Assembly: GCA_965205025.1 (NCBI GenBank)
Contig: CBDBFU010000028.1
Span: 96,001-160,000, forward strand
Direction: 5' to 3'
DNA length: 64,000 nt
Source: Candidatus Poribacteria bacterium
GTDB taxonomy: Bacteria; Poribacteria; WGA-4E; WGA-3G
The position numbers and the translations under genes are program-made. Numbering within the stretch: the first letter of the stretch is position 1; every line of letters starts with the position of its first letter. The notes under the pieces were generated by a model that ran no database searches, was not told the DNA's origin, and worked only from the letters and a program-made list of their open reading frames with translations. Shown here one piece after another: positions 61,509-64,000 of this stretch.

Positions 61509-64000
61509 ATGAAGATATTTCTAATTAGAACACCTATTCTGATTTTATTTCCTATATATATATGTCTTGTTTTCACGAGAATGAGTTACGGACAGGTAAA
61601 TCCTGCAGTAATCTCTGTGAATCCTGCTACAATTGAATCTCCAATGATCGGAGATGAATTAACAATCAGTCTTGATATTACTGGCGGAGTAAATGTCGCA
61701 GGATATCAAGTAACCGTTAACTTTGATTCCACTGCTCTCAGATTTATCTCAAGTGAGAATGCCGATTATCTTCCTGCGGGTGCATTGTCAGTACCACCAT
61801 TAGTCTTGGATGATTCAGTAACTGTTGCTGCTGTAGCTATAGGTGTATCCGCGCCAGAAGATGAAGGCACCCTTGCCAGAGTAACATTTGAAGTAGTGTC
61901 AGTAAAAGACTCAACACTTAAACTAACCAATGTCATACTGTCTGATACTAATAGTTCCGAACTGCCAAATTCAACTGCAGACGGTATAGTTACCGCACCG
62001 GTCTCTACTGAAGTATTCTCAATTGCAGACATAGTACTGATTATAGATAGTTCAGGGAGTATGGAGTGGAATGACCCGAATATCCTACGGAAGACTGCTA
62101 CGAAGTACTTTATAGATTTAATGGATCCTGGAATTCAAATTGCGATTGTAAATTTAAACGGAACAACAAAGACGTTTGCTGAACTCACTTTCGCGGATGG
62201 AACTGGAAAAGAACAATTAAAGAATGCTGTGGATAGAGTTGATTCTGATGGGGATACTGATATTGCTGCGAGTCTGCAGTTAGGATATGAGCTTTTATCT
62301 GCATCTTCCTCTCCAGATGCAAGAAAAGCAGCTGTGTTATTAACCGATGGTCAGGATTTGGAACCAAAGACTGCATCATCTTATGTTCAAAACTATATAC
62401 TCCAAGGTTGGGATGTATATACAATAGGATTAGGGCTTGAAGTTGATAAAGAGTTACTTGAGGACATAGCTACACTCACTCCAGAAGGTGACTATTTTCC
62501 CGCTTCTCTTGATAATATACAGAAAATATATAATGAGATCTTCGCAAGAGTAACGAGAAAGGAAATCCTTTTTAACAACATTGGATATATCAATCAAAAT
62601 CAACAAATTACCAAGAAGTTTCTCATTGATTCCTCAGTAGAACAGATGGTCCCTTCTGCGAATTGGCAGGGAAGTACAATAGAATTAATCCTCGTTGATC
62701 CGAACGGTTTGGAGATAACACCCCAAGATGCCCTCACGAACCCAAGAATAAAATATCAAGATGCCTCTACTTACGCTATCTATACCGTTGATGATCCGAT
62801 GCCAGGTGAATGGGGAATGAAAGCAACTGGTACAGATATTCCACCGGAGGGTGAACAATTTAACTTAATTGTTTCTGCATCGTCAGACATTGTCACCAAT
62901 TTCTTGAGTTTTGAACCGAGTTATAATATTGGAGATCCAGTACGTATTGGCATACGTGCCAGAACCAAAACAATCCAAAGTACTAACCCAGTATTAGGAG
63001 TACAAACCTCAGCCGAAATTGTTCGTCCGGACGGTGGTATTGACACCCTTGATTTGCTTGATACAGCAACAAACGGTGTTTATGTGAACGATTATTTCGG
63101 AGTAGATATAGAGGGAACATATCTCATCCGTGCGACAGTAGAGAATGGGTTTACTCGTGAAATACAAGAGCAAATTGTGGTTGGTGACATTTCTAATATA
63201 TTCATTGATGGGAGCACATTGACACCCGCTGCTGGTACGACGCTTGACGCATCACCGAGTGTTATCAGTGCGGTTATTTCAGGACCAGCAATTCAAATTA
63301 ATAGCGATACAATTGAACTACAAGTTAATGGATCAACTGTTTCCCATGGGTATGATAAGGTTAATCAACAGGTGTTATACCGTCCTCCCGGTCTATCTCC
63401 GGGTGAACACACCGTAAAACTGAATGTTAACAACGAACTTGAGACGACATGGACGTTTAATCTTGGGTTTTCTGAATCGCGTTTTGAATTGTTACTCGAC
63501 CCTGGTCTTAATGTAGTCTCCTTACCATTAAAACCGAGAGATCCCTACACTGCTAAATCATTCAGCGAATTACTGAATGCAACACTTGTTGTGAGACACG
63601 ATTCAACATCCCAGACATACATAGCGTATGTTGCTACAGATGACACAGATGAAGGTTTCATGATTGAAGGGGGCCGTGGATATATAGTCAATACCCCTGA
63701 GCCAACGACAGTTGATTTCATTGGTACAGCTTGGTCAAACCAACCGTCAATTGCAACCGCTCCAAGCAATACGACCACGACAACGACTTGGGCATTTGCA
63801 ATTAATAGTAAATTGCAAATGATGGAACCAGATAGACAATACACACTTACAGCGAAAAACCTTCGTACTGGTGCGGTTGTATCTGAAAGCATATCAACTA
63901 CCGGCAAAAGTTCCACAGCTGTATGGGCAGATATGAACCGTAATAGTGTCGTTCAATTAGGTGACATGCTTGAATTCACTGTAAACGATTCAACAGGAAA
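61509..64000 (+). CDS. Large secreted protein: cohesin + vWA + further beta domains (3'-truncated)
   Basis: Absent from ORF track (no stop in window). Signal peptide; NVAGYQVTVNFDSTAL..GTLARVTFEV cohesin; IIDSSGSM MIDAS and LLTDG; same frame at window end. Confidence 0.85.
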   Translation, partial: MKIFLIRTPILILFPIYICLVFTRMSYGQVNPAVISVNPATIESPMIGDELTISLDITGGVNVAGYQVTVNFDSTALRFISSENADYLPAGALSVPPLVLDDSVTVAAVAIGVSAPEDEGTLARVTFEVVSVKDSTLKLTNVILSDTNSSELPNSTADGIVTAPVSTEVFSIADIVLIIDSSGSMEWNDPNILRKTATKYFIDLMDPGIQIAIVNLNGTTKTFAELTFADGTGKEQLKNAVDRVDSDGDTDIAASLQLGYELLSASSSPDARKAAVLLTDGQDLEPKTASSYVQNYILQGWDVYTIGLGLEVDKELLEDIATLTPEGDYFPASLDNIQKIYNEIFARVTRKEILFNNIGYINQNQQITKKFLIDSSVEQMVPSANWQGSTIELILVDPNGLEITPQDALTNPRIKYQDASTYAIYTVDDPMPGEWGMKATGTDIPPEGEQFNLIVSASSDIVTNFLSFEPSYNIGDPVRIGIRARTKTIQSTNPVLGVQTSAEIVRPDGGIDTLDLLDTATNGVYVNDYFGVDIEGTYLIRATVENGFTREIQEQIVVGDISNIFIDGSTLTPAAGTTLDASPSVISAVISGPAIQINSDTIELQVNGSTVSHGYDKVNQQVLYRPPGLSPGEHTVKLNVNNELETTWTFNLGFSESRFELLLDPGLNVVSLPLKPRDPYTAKSFSELLNATLVVRHDSTSQTYIAYVATDDTDEGFMIEGGRGYIVNTPEPTTVDFIGTAWSNQPSIATAPSNTTTTTTWAFAINSKLQMMEPDRQYTLTAKNLRTGAVVSESISTTGKSSTAVWADMNRNSVVQLGDMLEFTVNDSTG

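Noticed and set aside
1-64000. rRNA, tRNA, riboswitch, integrase or intact transposase
   Set aside because: None recognisable by eye; covariance-model scans would be needed to exclude small RNAs.

Overview
AT-rich bacterial window. Gene content (WD40 expansion, ECF sigma-WD40 fusions, LamG proteins with a C-terminal TWGxIK-like tail, cohesin-vWA surface protein, trypsin-TPR) suggests Candidatus Poribacteria; this is an inference, no search was run. Bases 1-36 kb are a + strand array of 12 WD40 beta-propeller genes. Four carry an ECF sigma domain (one frameshifted) and a fifth has had its sigma domain deleted in frame. Four of these five keep an in-frame internal Shine-Dalgarno + ATG just before the propeller, and five genes of the array share a TGCA(A/C)C-N17-G(CG/TA)TC upstream motif. 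Embedded in the array are four frameshifted secreted-protein genes sharing a conserved C-terminal motif. Bases 37-64 kb hold a sugar ABC transporter, two PcfJ-like paralogs, a VapBC-type TA pair, TPAT (TatT/DctP) genes, a YgfZ-like gene, an Omp85 barrel with an unusual N-terminal passenger, xylose isomerase, adenylate kinase, GT39, GNAT, TPR-DUF3857-transglutaminase, MazG-like, an IS5 remnant and a truncated cohesin-vWA gene. Intergenic DNA is filled with several families of small TIR-bounded MITE/REP-like elements, some nested. No rRNA, tRNA or CRISPR array was recognised.
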